DNA of 64,000 nucleotides from an uncultured Alphaproteobacteria bacterium (lineage in GTDB: Bacteria > Pseudomonadota > Alphaproteobacteria > Rhizobiales > Beijerinckiaceae). The notes under the pieces are model-generated. The model did not search any database, was not told where the DNA came from, and saw only the letters and a program-made list of their open reading frames with translations. The position numbers and the translations under genes were made by a program. Shown here piece by piece: positions 40,812-53,906 of the stretch (position 1 is its first letter; the number at the start of each line of letters is the position of its first letter). The stretch is taken from NCBI GenBank assembly GCA_963828985.1, contig CAWHGT010000002.1, positions 264,679 to 328,678 on the forward strand, written 5' to 3'.

Positions 40812-42266
40812 TCAGCGCGGTTCCACCGGAAGCTCCATCCCGGATGACGGTGGCTGGTTTTTGATGGCGCGGTGACCCGACATTTCGGCCCCGGCATCCG
40901 GCGGCAGGCGCAGGAAGACCAGCGCCGACAGGGAAGCGATCGCCGCCACGATCCAGAAGGCGATTGCGAAATCGCTCGCGTCGATCGAATGAGCGCCCCG
41001 CATCCAGGTCGAGGTTTCGAGCGCTCCGGCGCCGAGCGCGACCCCGACGCTGAGCGCAAGCTGCTGCGAGACGCTGGACAGGCTCGTGGCCGAGCTCATG
41101 TCGCGATGCGACACATCCGCATACGCAATGGCATTGATGCTCGTGAACTGCATGGAGCGGAAGCAACCGCCAGCGAACAGGATTGTCATCATCGCCCAGT
41201 GAGGCGTGGAGGGCGTGAAGAAGCCGTTCAGGCCGATGAAAACCGCGCCGATGAGGGCGTTCACAACGAGGAGACGGCGAAAGCCCGTCAATTCGAGGAC
41301 GCGCTTGGCCAATGTCTTCGTGCACAAAGCTCCGACGGCGGCGATGAACGTGATCGAGCCTGACGCCAGCGGCGACAGGCCAAACCCGACCTGGAGCATC
41401 AGCGGCAGAAGGAACGGAATGGCGCCGATGCCGATGCGAAACAGGAAGCCGCCGATGATGCTGGCGCGGAAGGTCTGCAATTTCAGCAGGCCGAGCTGCA
41501 TCACCGGATGAGGCGTGCGGCGCGCATGAAGCACGAACAGCACGACGCAGATCGTGCCGACGACCACGCAGGCGATCGAGACCCGCAAGGGGATCAGGTG
41601 GCCGCCGGACGCAAACCCCAGCATCAGGAGCGCCAGTCCGACGCCCGAGAGGATGAAGCCGACGAAATCGAGCCGGGGGACGTTCTCTTCCTTGATGTTG
41701 GGAATGAACCGGAGTGACAGCGCGATTCCCAGGACGCCGATGGGAATGTTGATGAAGAAGATCCAGCGCCAGTCGAAATAGGTGGTGATGAAACCGCCGA
41801 CCACGGGCCCGAGGATAGGCCCGATCATGGCCGGGATGGTGAGGGTGGCCAGGGCCTGGACGACCTCGTTCCGCGGCACGCTGCGCAAGATCACCAGTCG
41901 GCCTACCGGCACCATCATGGCGCCGCCCATTCCCTGGATGAACCGCGAGATCACGAACCCTTCGAGCGAATTCGCCCACGCGCAGGAGAGCGAGCCCGCC
42001 ATGAACACCGCAAGCGCGGCCGAGAAGATGCGCTTGGCGCCGAAGCGGTCCGCCATCCAGCCCGAAATCGGGATGAAGATGGCAAGGCCCACCAGGTAGG
42101 ACGTGATCGCGAGCTTCAGGGCGATGGGGTCCACGCCGATATCGCGGGCGATCATCGGCAGCGACGTCGCGATCACGGTCGAATCCGTGTTCTCCATGAA
42201 GAGGGCGGTGGCGATGATCAGGGGGAGGAGGCGCGAAGGTCGCATGAGCTGTGGAATTAACGCCAT
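40812..42266 (-). CDS. MFS transporter, DHA2 (14-TM) family
   Basis: ALFMENTDSTVIATSLP, ISGWMADRFG, GGAMMVPVGRL, WRWIFFINIPIG. Confidence 0.92.
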   Translation of the reverse strand: MALIPQLMRPSRLLPLIIATALFMENTDSTVIATSLPMIARDIGVDPIALKLAITSYLVGLAIFIPISGWMADRFGAKRIFSAALAVFMAGSLSCAWANSLEGFVISRFIQGMGGAMMVPVGRLVILRSVPRNEVVQALATLTIPAMIGPILGPVVGGFITTYFDWRWIFFINIPIGVLGIALSLRFIPNIKEENVPRLDFVGFILSGVGLALLMLGFASGGHLIPLRVSIACVVVGTICVVLFVLHARRTPHPVMQLGLLKLQTFRASIIGGFLFRIGIGAIPFLLPLMLQVGFGLSPLASGSITFIAAVGALCTKTLAKRVLELTGFRRLLVVNALIGAVFIGLNGFFTPSTPHWAMMTILFAGGCFRSMQFTSINAIAYADVSHRDMSSATSLSSVSQQLALSVGVALGAGALETSTWMRGAHSIDASDFAIAFWIVAAIASLSALVFLRLPPDAGAEMSGHRAIKNQPPSSGMELPVEPR

Positions 42267-42364
42267 GGCGGAAAGTTGCAAACCAAATCGTCGAAATCTC
42301 CACCGATCGATACGCAATACAGCCCTTCGCGGATTGCGTGTGCGGAATGCTTTGCGAAAGCTGA

Positions 42365-43933
<1,569 letters not shown>

Positions 43934-43967
43934 TGCGGTGTCATCAACCTGATCCGAAAGATATCTC

Positions 43968-44399
43968 ATGACCATCACCGCTATCCTGCTGCCGGTCTTC
44001 GTTCTGGTGGCGGTGATCTTCTGTCTGCTGATCTGGACCGGTCGGGCACGCATCGGGCATCTACGGCAAGGCGACGTGAAGGTCGCCGATGTGGCGCTGG
44101 GCCAGTCGAACTGGCCGACACGCGCGCAACAGGTCTCGAACACTTATGCAAACCAGTTCGAACTGCCGATGCTCTTCTTCCTGCTGGTGGCGTTCGCGCT
44201 GATCACCCGCAAGGCAGACATTCTCTTCGTGGTGATGTCGTGGATGTTCGTGGTGACGCGGATCTTCCACGCCGGCATCTACGTGACGTCGAACCGAATC
44301 CAGCACCGCTTTACGGTTTTTCTCATCGGCGCGATCATCCTCTTCCTGATGTGGATCATCTTTGCGCTGCGGATCTTCGCGGCGGAACTTGGCGTCTGA
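43968..44399 (+). CDS. MAPEG family membrane protein
   Basis: NQFELPMLF, FVVTRIFHA; usual position between guaB and guaA. Confidence 0.85.
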   Translation: MTITAILLPVFVLVAVIFCLLIWTGRARIGHLRQGDVKVADVALGQSNWPTRAQQVSNTYANQFELPMLFFLLVAFALITRKADILFVVMSWMFVVTRIFHAGIYVTSNRIQHRFTVFLIGAIILFLMWIIFALRIFAAELGV

Positions 44400-44470
44400 C
44401 CCTACCTGTCGATCGGCGGCGGCGCGGCGCGATTGCGCTCGCTGCGCTCAAAAAAAGATTGTGATGCCTC

Positions 44471-45767
44471 ATGACACCCGCAGCCCGCCTTTCCGCCGCC
44501 ATCGAGGTTCTCGGCGACATCGAGACCCGTCGCCGCCCCGCCACGGAGGCTCTCAAGGATTGGGGGCTGTCGCACCGCTTCGCCGGCTCCAAGGACCGGG
44601 CGGCGATCGCCAGCCTCGTGTATGATTCTCTCCGCCGCAAAGCCTCTGCCTCCTGGGTCATGGGCGAAACCACGCCACGGGCGGTGGTGCTCGGCATGCT
44701 GGTGCTTCAGCGCGGGATGACATTCGCGGAGATCGCACGATTGTTCTCGGGCGAACGATTTGCGCCCGAACCGCCGACAGGCGAGGAGCGGGCGAGGATC
44801 GAAGGCGCCGATCTCGCGAACGCGCCTGCCCACGTTGCGGGCGATTTCCCGGAATGGATCGAGCCTTCCCTGCGGGCGTTCCTGGGCGAAGATCTCGTGC
44901 CGGAATTGCAGGCCCTGACCGGCCGCGCGCCTCTCGACCTGCGGGTGAATGCTTTGAAGGTCCAATCGCGCTCCGAGGCCCACGATGCTCTGCCGCATCT
45001 CGGCGCGGTGGAGACCCCGCTATCCCCCTATGGCCTGCGGATCCAGCCGGGCGAGGACGGGCGCGGCCCGGCCGTGCAATCGGAGCCTGAATTCATCAAG
45101 GGATGGATTGAGATCCAGGACGAAGGCTCTCAAATCGCTGCGATTTTGTCAGGCGTCCAGCCGGACGAGCAGGTCGTCGACCTTTGCGCCGGAGGCGGCG
45201 GCAAGACGCTGGCGCTGGCGGCGATGATGAACAACCACGGCCAGCTTTACGCCACCGATTCCGATGCCCGCCGCCTCGCGCCGATCCACGAGCGCGTCAC
45301 GCGTGCGGGTGTGCGCAACGTGCAGATCCGGACGCCGCGCGCCCGCGCCGATGCGGTGTCGGACCTCGATGGCAAGATCGATTGCGTGGTGGTCGACGCG
45401 CCCTGCACCGGCATCGGCACCTGGCGCCGCAACCCGGACGCCAAGTGGCGCCTGCGTCCCGGCAGCCTCGATGTCCGCCGCAACGAACAGGCCGTCGTGC
45501 TCGATCGCGCGGGGGCGCTGGTCAAATCCGGCGGGCGGATCGTCTACATCACGTGCTCGATCCTGCCGGAGGAGAACGACGGGGCGATTTCGGCCTTCCT
45601 CGACCGGAACGCCGGTTTCACGCCGGTCGCGCGTGCCGGAGGTGCTGGCCCGGGCCGAGATGGACAAGCTCGCACCCCTCATCCGCACCACCGCGCACGG
45701 GCTGCAGATGACGCCGCTCAAGACCGGCACGGACGGATTTTACGTGGCGGTGCTTCGGAAGAACTGA
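44471..45767 (+). CDS. RsmB/NOP family SAM-dependent RNA methyltransferase (apparent frameshift near 45630)
   Basis: [44 protein letters not shown]; C-terminus [12 protein letters not shown] in the other frame. Confidence 0.9.
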
Positions 45768-45832
45768 CGCCCTTCAAGGACCCGACTGCTTCACATTTGC
45801 CCAGAAAACCGCAAAGCCCTAGAACCCGCTTC

Positions 45833-47405
45833 ATGACCCAATCCCCAAAAACCTCCGCCCACGACAAGATCCTCATCGTCGATTTCGGCTCTCAGGTGAC
45901 CCAGCTCATTGCCCGGCGCGTGCGGGAGGAGGGGGTCTATTCGGAGGTTGTGCCGTTCCAGAAGGCGGCCGAGGCCTTTCGCGAGATGAAGCCCAAGGGC
46001 GTCATTCTCTCGGGCGGGCCGGAATCGGTGACGCTCGCCACTTCGCCGCGCGCCCCGCAGGAATTGCTCGAGGCCGGCGTGCCGGTCTTCGGCATCTGCT
46101 ACGGCCAGCAGACGATGGCGTCGCAGCTCGGCGGCGAGGTCGAAGGTGGGCATCATTCCGAATTCGGCCGCGCCGAAGTCGAGGTGCTGACCGAGAGCCC
46201 GATCTTCCAGGGCGTCTGGCAGGTGGGCCACAAATATCCTGTCTGGATGAGCCATGGCGACCGCGTGACCCGGCTGCCGGACGGTTTCGAGACGCTGGCG
46301 GTCTCCCCCAATGCTCCGTTCGCGGTGGTGGCGGATGAGAAGCGCAAGTTCTACGCGGTCCAGTTCCATCCTGAAGTCGTGCACACGCCGCAAGGCGCGC
46401 AGCTGATCCGCAATTTCGTGCGCGAGATCGCCGGCTGCCGCGGCGACTGGACCATGAAGGCGTTCCGCGACGAGGCCATCGAACGCATTCGCGCGCAGGT
46501 CGGCACCGGCCGGGTGATCTGCGGATTGTCGGGCGGCGTCGATTTCGGCAGTGGCGGCCGTGCTGATCCACGAGGCCATCGGCGATCAGCTCACCTGCGT
46601 GTTCGTCGATCACGGGCTCATGCGCGAGGCGGAAGCCGAACAGGTCGTCACGCTGTTTCGCGACAGCTACAACATTCCTCTTGTACATGTGCAGGCACAG
46701 GATCTCTTCATCGGAGCGCTGGAAGGGGTCTCCGACCCCGAGGTCAAGCGCAAGACCATCGGCCGCCTCTTCATCGACGTGTTCGACGCGGAAGCGACGA
46801 AGATAGGCGGCGCGGATTTCCTCGCGCAAGGAACGCTCTATCCGGACGTGATCGAGAGCGTGTCCTTCACCGGCGGCCCTTCGGTGACGATCAAGAGCCA
46901 CCACAATGTGGGCGGCCTGCCCGAGCGCATGAACATGAAACTGGTGGAGCCGCTGCGCGAGCTCTTCAAGGACGAAGTCCGCGTATTGGGTCGCGAACTC
47001 GGCCTGCCGGAAGCCTTCGTGGGACGTCATCCATTCCCCGGTCCGGGCCTCGCCATCCGCGTGCCGGGCGAGATCACCCGCGAGAAGCTCGACATCCTGC
47101 GCAAGGCCGACACGGTTTATCTGGACGAGATCCGCAAGGCCGGACTGTATGATGAAATCTGGCAGGCCTTCGCGGTGCTGCTGCCGGTGAAGACCGTCGG
47201 CGTGATGGGCGATGGGCGCACCTACGATTTCGTCTGCGCCCTTCGCGCCGTCACATCGGTGGATGGCATGACGGCGGATTTCTACCCGTTCGAGATGTCG
47301 TTCCTCGGCCGCGTTGCGACCCGCATCATCAACGAGGTCAAGGGCATCAACCGCGTCACCTACGACATCACCTCGAAGCCTCCCGGCACGATCGAGTGGG
47401 AGTGA
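45833..47405 (+). CDS. guaA: GMP synthase (apparent +1 frameshift near 46543)
   Basis: [30 protein letters not shown] then [10 protein letters not shown]..., [18 protein letters not shown]. Confidence 0.96.
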
Positions 47406-47418
47406 CGAACGACAGGTT

Positions 47419-48075
47419 CTAGGTTGCAGCGACGAGGGCGTCGGCCTTGGCAAAATGCGCCATCTGATCCGCGTGCGCCTTGACGAATGCCGGGCGGGCC
47501 GTAGCGCGGGCGACATAGGCGTGGCAGGCGGGATATTCCGCCAATCCCTCGAACCGGTCGGTCAGGCGCAGCACGTCCGCCATCATGATGTCCCCGATCG
47601 AAAAGCTGCCGGCGAGCCATTCCCGCCCTTTCAGCACGGCTTCCATATGCTTGAGACGCATGTTGAGGAAACTATCGAACTGCTTGTAGGCCGCGGACTC
47701 CTTCGGCACGCCGGAGAACTGGAACAGCGCCCAGGGCAGGCCCGCCATCTCGACAGAATTGAGCGCCGCGAAAAGCCATTCTGTCGCGACGCTGCGCCCG
47801 CGCGGATCGGCGGGCATCAGCCTGTCGCTCAACTCGCCCAGATGCAGCAGGATCGCGCCGGTCTCGAAGATCGAGATGTCGCCATCGGTCAGCCACGGCA
47901 CCTGGCCGAAAGGCTGATGGGCGAAATGCTCGGCGTTGCGGTCGTCGAACGGCACGCTCTCGACGCGGTAGGGCAAGCCCGCTTCCTCCAACGCCCAGCG
48001 CACCCTTATGTCGCGCACGAATCCGCGCGGCATCTGGGGAACCCAGTTGAAGGTGGTGAGGGTCAGGTCGCTCAT
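47419..48075 (-). CDS. Glutathione S-transferase family protein
   Basis: RDIRVRWALEEAGL, QPFGQVP, FETGAILLHL, ARPAF. Confidence 0.92.
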   Translation of the reverse strand: MSDLTLTTFNWVPQMPRGFVRDIRVRWALEEAGLPYRVESVPFDDRNAEHFAHQPFGQVPWLTDGDISIFETGAILLHLGELSDRLMPADPRGRSVATEWLFAALNSVEMAGLPWALFQFSGVPKESAAYKQFDSFLNMRLKHMEAVLKGREWLAGSFSIGDIMMADVLRLTDRFEGLAEYPACHAYVARATARPAFVKAHADQMAHFAKADALVAAT

Positions 48076-48515
48076 TGTCTCTCTCCAAGAAAAATCGGCA
48101 GCTTGTCGAGCAGGCCGCTCCAGCCTTTCTCGTGGCTTTCGCGCGCTTCCTCGTCGGGCAGACGCTCGTGGGTCAGGATCAGCTCGGTGCCGCTGTCGAT
48201 CCGCTTGAGCAGGATCGTCACCAGCGACTCCCGTTCGGGCATGCCGGGCCATTCCCAGGTGAAGACCAGCTTCTGTTCGGGAAGCACTTCCTGATACACG
48301 CCCGTAGGATTGTGCTCTTCGCCGTTCAGCAGCCGGAACACGATGCTGAACCGGCCGCCGGGCCGCACGTCAGCCTCGACCTTGAGCGTGGGTCCCGCAT
48401 CGGGGCCCCACCATTGCAGCATCTGTTCGGGCCGGGTGATCGCCGCCCACACCTTGGCGGGCGATGCCTTGATGCGGCGGATTATGGTCACGCTGGGAAG
48501 GCTGCGGTTCATCAC
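48072..48515 (-). CDS. SRPBCC/AHSA1 domain protein
   Basis: KVWAAITRPEQMLQWWGP, DVRPGG, KLVFTWEW, HEKGW. Confidence 0.9.
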   Translation of the reverse strand: MMNRSLPSVTIIRRIKASPAKVWAAITRPEQMLQWWGPDAGPTLKVEADVRPGGRFSIVFRLLNGEEHNPTGVYQEVLPEQKLVFTWEWPGMPERESLVTILLKRIDSGTELILTHERLPDEEARESHEKGWSGLLDKLPIFLGERQ

Positions 48516-48847
48516 GCATCATCCTCTTCGACGAACGCGACAAGCCGGTCCATGCTCGCCGTCCAGAAGCGCTCATAACGGCCGAGCCAAGCCATCGCTT
48601 CCTGCATCGGACCCACCGACAGGTTTACCGCTACGGTCCGGCCGGTCTTGGTCCGGGTGATCAGCCCAGCGTCGGAGAGGACGTCGAGATGCTTCATCAT
48701 CCCCGGCAGCTTCAGAGAAAGCGGCCGGGCAAGCTCGCTGACCGAAAGCCCCGGTTCGTCCTTCAGCCGCATCAGCACTTCCCGCCGCGTCGGGTCGGAG
48801 AGGGCGGAGAAGGTGCGGTCGATGGGGGATGCCTGATACTTCACCAT
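48512..48847 (-). CDS. ArsR/SmtB family transcriptional regulator
   Basis: FSALSDPTRR, MKHLDVLSDAGLI..KTGR, YERFW..MDRL. Confidence 0.92.
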   Translation of the reverse strand: MVKYQASPIDRTFSALSDPTRREVLMRLKDEPGLSVSELARPLSLKLPGMMKHLDVLSDAGLITRTKTGRTVAVNLSVGPMQEAMAWLGRYERFWTASMDRLVAFVEEDDA

Positions 48848-48883
48848 GTAGCGAAGTATTGTCCATGCGCGAGGCCGCGTCAA
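48836..48883 (-). promoter_or_regulatory. Sigma70 promoter with an operator overlapping the ArsR start codon
   Basis: Minus strand TTGACG-N17-AATACT-N7-ATG; palindrome ATACTTC-N10-GAAGTAT at 48836-48859. Confidence 0.65.
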
Positions 48884-49066
48884 CGTTCAAAAATTCGTCA
48901 AGGATGATCGTCCGCGAAACGCGGTCTGAACGTCGTAGCGACCGACCAGGGTGGTCTCCGCGCATCGATTGATCCTATGTTCGTCTTCGGTGCCGGCTCC
49001 TCGTTGACGAGACAACAGAGGCCGAGGGCATCGTCAGAGCTAACGACGCGACAGGAAAGATGCATC

Positions 49067-49456
49067 ATGAGCAAGAGCCCGGCTCAACCAGCGCAATCCC
49101 CATCCCGGTTGATCGACGAGCGGATCAGGGAGCTCGGCGACTGGCGGGGCGCGATGCTGGCGCGGGTTCGGGCCTTGATCAAGAAGGCCGACCCGGAGGT
49201 CGTCGAGGAGTGGAAGTGGAGAGGCGTTCCGGTGTGGTCTCACGGCGGAATTATATGCACCGGCGAGACCTACAAGAACGTCGTGAAGATGACCTTCGCC
49301 AAAGGGGCCGCGCTCGATGACCCCTCCAGGCTCTTCAATGCGAGTCTCGAAGGCAATACGCGGCGCGCCATCGACATCCGCGAGGGCGAGGAGATCGACG
49401 AGGAAGCTTTGATGGCACTCATTCGCGCGGCCGTGAGGCTGAACGCGTCGCGTTGA
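49067..49456 (+). CDS. DUF1801 domain protein
   Basis: DWRG.ML..VR.LI..ADPEVVEEWKW, TGETYK..VKMTFAKGA, GNTRRAID. Confidence 0.9.
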   Translation: MSKSPAQPAQSPSRLIDERIRELGDWRGAMLARVRALIKKADPEVVEEWKWRGVPVWSHGGIICTGETYKNVVKMTFAKGAALDDPSRLFNASLEGNTRRAIDIREGEEIDEEALMALIRAAVRLNASR

Positions 49457-49482
49457 ACGCGGGCGTTCGCCGCGCGTCCGGC

Positions 49483-51374
49483 TCAGGGGATCTTCGGCGG
49501 CGGCGGTGCGTCGAAGTTCAGTCCCGGCAGGCCGCCATCCGCCGGCAGGCCCGGCATGAGAATGTTGTCGAGGCTCTTCTGCACCGCGGCCGGATCGACC
49601 GTTACGCCGCTGCTCTTGTAGTGCATGACGATGTTCGGGAACAACACGACGATCGCCACCATGATGAGCTGGATGATCACGAACGGCACCGCGCCCCAAT
49701 AGATCTGGCCGGTCGTGACCGGCTCCATGCGCTTGCCGGTGACACGATCGATATAGGGAACTTTCGCCGCGACGGAGCGCAGGAAGAACAGCGCGAAGCC
49801 GAAGGGCGGATGCATGAACGAGGTCTGCATGTTCACGCCAAGCATCACGCCGAACCAGATCAGGTCGATGCCGAGCTTTTCGGCCGGCGGCCCGAGCAGC
49901 GGCACGATGATGAAGGCCAGTTCGAAGAAGTCGAGGAAGAACGCGAGGAAGAACACCAGCACGTTGGTGAACACCAGGAACCCGGTCTGGCCGCCCGGAA
50001 GCGACGTCAGCAGGTGCTCGACCCAGACGTGCCCGTTCACGCCGTAGAACGTGAGCGAGAAGACCCGCGCGCCGATCAGGATGAAGAGCACGAAAGCCGA
50101 GAGTTTGGCCGTCGCCTCGGTGGCTTGCCGAACGAGATTCCAGTTGAAGCGGTTCGGGTTGTTGTCGAGCCGGCGCTTGATCGCAGCAAGGATCAGCGAT
50201 CCAAGCGCGCCCATGGCGCCGCCTTCGGTGGGCGTCGCCAGGCCGATGAAGATCGTGCCGAGCACCAGGAAGATGAGCAGGAGCGGCGGCACCATCACGA
50301 AGGTCGTCTGCACCGCCATCCGCGACATCAGGCGCAAGCCGGTGAATTTCTCCACCAGCCCGACCACAAGGGCGTAGATGGCGCCGGCGAGGATCATCTC
50401 CATGAGGAGCGCGAGCGACTCGTAACCGGCACTGTGCAGCCAGGCATAAAGCGCCAACGAGCGCAGCCACGAGGATCACCGAGATGACCACCCGGCGCGC
50501 GCCGAGCATCCGGTCCATGAGGGCGCAGATCAGCGCCACCACGGTGGCGACGCAGATGGTGAGAATGACGAAGTCGGCGCCGGCTTTGGTGGCGGTCTGC
50601 GACAGCACGTAATAGCCGACGAAACCGGAAAACAGCACCAGGACGCCGAGCTGCCACACGCCGCGCGATCCGTTCGGCTCACGGAAGCCGATGGCCTCGA
50701 GCGGGAGGCCCGGTGCGGCCTTCGGAAAGAGGATGCGCCATGAGCGCCACATAGGCCGCGTAAAGACCCGCCAGGATGATGCCGGGCAGGAACGCGCCCT
50801 CGTACATGTCGCCGACGGAGCGGCCGAGCTGGTCGGCCATCACGATGAGCACCAGCGACGGCGGGATGATCTGCGCCAGCGTGCCTGACGCGGCGATCAC
50901 GCCCGATGCAAGGCGCCGGTCATAGCCGTAGCGCAGCATGATCGGCAGCGAGATCAGACCCATGGAGATCACGGATGCCGCGACGACGCCGGTGGTGGCG
51001 GCAAGCAGCGCACCCACGAAGATGACCGCGAAGGCAAGACCGCCGCGCACCGGGCCGAAGAGCTGGCCGATGGTGTCGAGCAGATCCTCGGCCATGCCCG
51101 AGCGTTCGAGAATCAGCCCCATGAAGGTGAAGAACGGGATGGCCAGCAGCACCTCGTTCGACATCGTGCCGAAAACGCGGTCGGGCAGGGCGCCGAGAAG
51201 CGGCCAGGAAAGGTTGATGGTCTCGGGCGCGTAGGGCGCGAGCTCCACGGCGAGAAAGAAGAACAGGAGACCGTTCGCGGCCAGCGAGAACGCCACCGGG
51301 TAGCCGATGAGAAGGAAGATGACGAGGGCGCCGAACATGATCGGCGCGAGGTTCTGGGCGAGCAGGACGGCCAT
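49483..51374 (-). CDS. TRAP transporter large permease DctM (apparent frameshifts near 50735 and 50465)
   Basis: GYPVAFSL, LLAIPFFTFMG, GTLAQIIPPS, ATPTEGGAMGA, NMQTSFMHPPFGFALF. Confidence 0.9.
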
Positions 51375-51415
51375 GGGCAAAAACTCCGGAAATCAGGGAC
51401 GCGGGCGGGATCCGT

Positions 51416-52036
51416 CTAGCGGACACCATCTCCCGGAGGTTCACCGCTGTGAGGTGTGACGGCGTCGCCCAGTTCGGCGAGCAGCCGCTCGGCTTCCGCC
51501 TCGGCGCTATGCGTGGTTGGCGCGTCGTCCTGAAGGTCGCCTCGAATGATCGCCGCCCGTTTGACCAACTCGCTGAACCATTGCAGCCCGAGCAGGCAAA
51601 AGCCCAGGAGGATGAGCCCCTTGGCGGGCCAGATCAGCAGGCCGCCGGCGTTGGACGACACTTCGCCCGACTGGTACGAGCGCAAGAAATACGGCACCGC
51701 GAGGTAGATCATGACCGCGACGAACGGGAACAGGAACAAGAGGTGCCCCAACAGGTCGATCCAGTCGCGTTTCCGCTTGGACAGCATGTTCGAGACGATG
51801 TCGATGCGGATATGCTCGTTGGCTTTCAGGGTCCAGGGCGCGCAGAGCATGAAAACCCCGCCGAAAAGGTACCATTGAAGTTCGAGCCACGCATTCGACG
51901 ACACGCCGAAGATGCGCCGGATGATGGCGTTGATGGCGGAGACCAGGATTGCCACCACGATCGCCCACGCCACCGTCTTGCCGACGCGTTCGTTGAAGCT
52001 GTCGATGGCCCGGCTTATTCTCAGGAGCGCTTCCAT
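51416..52036 (-). CDS. TRAP transporter small permease DctQ
   Basis: SSNAWLELQWYLF, NEHIRIDI, SSNAGGL..WPAK. Confidence 0.92.
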   Translation of the reverse strand: MEALLRISRAIDSFNERVGKTVAWAIVVAILVSAINAIIRRIFGVSSNAWLELQWYLFGGVFMLCAPWTLKANEHIRIDIVSNMLSKRKRDWIDLLGHLLFLFPFVAVMIYLAVPYFLRSYQSGEVSSNAGGLLIWPAKGLILLGFCLLGLQWFSELVKRAAIIRGDLQDDAPTTHSAEAEAERLLAELGDAVTPHSGEPPGDGVR

Positions 52037-52279
52037 CGGTGTTTCCCCCTGACATTATATCAGTTGTGATTTGATGTTTTAGCTACCGAACTCGGTGGCC
52101 CGGCGCTAGCCCTCCGCAACCTTCAGCCTATCCGACTTAAGGCGGGTGGCTACGTTTTCGCGGGCAAAATCCTGCCGACAGCCCCTAAATCGCGGTGGAA
52201 GGCCGATCAACACTGGAATCTGCCCAGATTATCGGCATCTTGTCGCCAGTATCCGATAACTCCAGCCGCGAGGCCAACG

Positions 52280-52873
52280 GTGACCCTTCTCATTCTAGGC
52301 CTGCTCCTGTTTGTCGGAATCCACGCGTTCAGCATGGCGCGGGGGCAGAGGGCGGCTCTCATCGCCCGTATGGGGGAGGGGCCCTATAAGGGCCTGTACT
52401 CGCTGGTTTCCCTGTTGGGCGTCGTTTTGATCGCCGTCGGTTTCGGGCGATATCGCGCGGCGGGCTACATCCCCGTGTGGGATCCGCCGACCTGGACGCG
52501 CCACCTCGCTCTCCTGCTGGTCTGGTTCGCCTTCGTCAGCGTCGCGGCCGCCTACCTGCCGGGACGGATCAAGGCGCGTCTCAAGCATCCGATGCTGACC
52601 GGCGTAAAGATCTGGGCCTTGGCGCACCTGTTGGCGAACGGCGATCTTGGTTCGATCCTTCTGTTCGGCGCCATCCTCGTCTGGGCCGTTCTCGCGCGCA
52701 TCAGCGCCAAGCGCCGGGATGAAGGTCCGCCGCATGGCGCGCCCGCGGCCCCACCGGCGGGTTTTCGCAATGACGCGCTTGCGGTTGTCATCGGGACCGT
52801 GGCTTATGTGGCGTTCGCCCTGTGGCTTCACCCGTTGCTGATCGGCGTCGCCGTTCTTCCTTCGCAAGGCTAG
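52280..52873 (+). CDS. NnrU family protein
   Basis: [32 protein letters not shown]. Confidence 0.9.
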   Translation: MTLLILGLLLFVGIHAFSMARGQRAALIARMGEGPYKGLYSLVSLLGVVLIAVGFGRYRAAGYIPVWDPPTWTRHLALLLVWFAFVSVAAAYLPGRIKARLKHPMLTGVKIWALAHLLANGDLGSILLFGAILVWAVLARISAKRRDEGPPHGAPAAPPAGFRNDALAVVIGTVAYVAFALWLHPLLIGVAVLPSQG

Positions 52874-52883
52874 AGTTCGTTCC

Positions 52884-53711
52884 ATGTCCGCTCAATCCGA
52901 GACCCGCCGCCTGACCGCTCCCGATATCCGCGCGCGCAAAGGCGGCGAGCCGATCGTCATGCTCACCTCCTACCACGCCCATACGGCCCGGCTGGTGGAC
53001 CAGCATGCGGACGTGATCCTGGTGGGGGATTCCCTCGGCATGGTCATGCACGGCATGGAATCGACCGTGCCGGTCACCCTCGACATGATGATCCTGCAGG
53101 GGCTGGCGGTGATGCGCGGCTCGAAGCGGGCGCTGGTCGTGGTGGATATGCCGTTCGGCGCCTACGAGGAAAGCCGCGAGCAGGCCTTTCGCTCAGCGGC
53201 GCGCATTTTGAAAGAGACCGGCTGCGGGGCCATCAAGCTCGAAGGCGGCGCGCGCATGGCCGACACCATCCGCTTTCTCACCGAGCGCGGCGTGCCGGTG
53301 ATGGCCCATGTGGGCCTGACCCCTCAATCCATCAACGCCCTCGGCTCCTTCAAGGCGCAGGGGCGGGACCGTGCCGATTGGCCGGTCTTTCTCGCAGACG
53401 CCAAGGCCGTGGCCGATGCGGGGGCCTTCTCGGTGGTGGTCGAGGCGGTCGCAGAACCTCTCGGGCGCGAGATCACCCGGGCTGTCGACATCCCGACCAT
53501 CGGCATCGGCGCATCGGTTGCCTGCGACGGGCAGGTCCTGGTGCTGGAGGACATGCTCGGCCTCACTCCATGGTCGCCGAAATTCGTCAAGCGCTACGGC
53601 GAACTCGGGCCCAACATCGCGAAGGCCGTGGAAGCCTACGCGCAGGAGGTCCGCTCGCGGGCCTTTCCCGGGCCGGAACACACCTATGCGGAGCGGAAGC
53701 CTGCCAAATAG
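52884..53711 (+). CDS. panB: 3-methyl-2-oxobutanoate hydroxymethyltransferase
   Basis: [40 protein letters not shown]. Confidence 0.96.
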   Translation: MSAQSETRRLTAPDIRARKGGEPIVMLTSYHAHTARLVDQHADVILVGDSLGMVMHGMESTVPVTLDMMILQGLAVMRGSKRALVVVDMPFGAYEESREQAFRSAARILKETGCGAIKLEGGARMADTIRFLTERGVPVMAHVGLTPQSINALGSFKAQGRDRADWPVFLADAKAVADAGAFSVVVEAVAEPLGREITRAVDIPTIGIGASVACDGQVLVLEDMLGLTPWSPKFVKRYGELGPNIAKAVEAYAQEVRSRAFPGPEHTYAERKPAK

Positions 53712-53727
53712 GCAGCTGTCTGCCACG

Positions 53728-53836
53728 CCCTCATCCTGGCGATCGCGAAGCTGCGTTTCGAAGGATCTCCAGCGGCCTTGCGTGCTTCGGACGGGCTGCC
53801 ATTGCGGAAAGAGGTCCTTCGGAACCGCATCCCTCT
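53728..53836. repeat. Degenerate family B RIME-like element
   Basis: CCCTCATCCTG...GTTTCGAAGGAT ... TCCTTCGGAAC resembles 39815-39906. Confidence 0.55.
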
Positions 53837-53906
53837 CGCCTTCCACAGGGGGGTGTGATAGGCGACCCACTTCGGTTTATGGAGGCGGCCCGGCCGCAGG
53901 AGAAGC

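Noticed and set aside
39919-42303. 794-aa ORF ending in the dienelactone hydrolase
   Set aside because: The N-terminal part is an off-frame reading of the DHA2 MFS gene; the real start is the GTG at 40773
44471-47152. 893-aa RsmB-GuaA fusion ORF
   Set aside because: Produced by a frameshift near 45630; the RsmB C-terminus and stop (45767) are in another frame and guaA has its own ATG at 45833
48965-48990. TATGTTCGTCTT identical to 6659-6670, possible LexA box before DUF1801
   Set aside because: The first half-site is ATTG rather than GTTC; a 12-nt match may be chance
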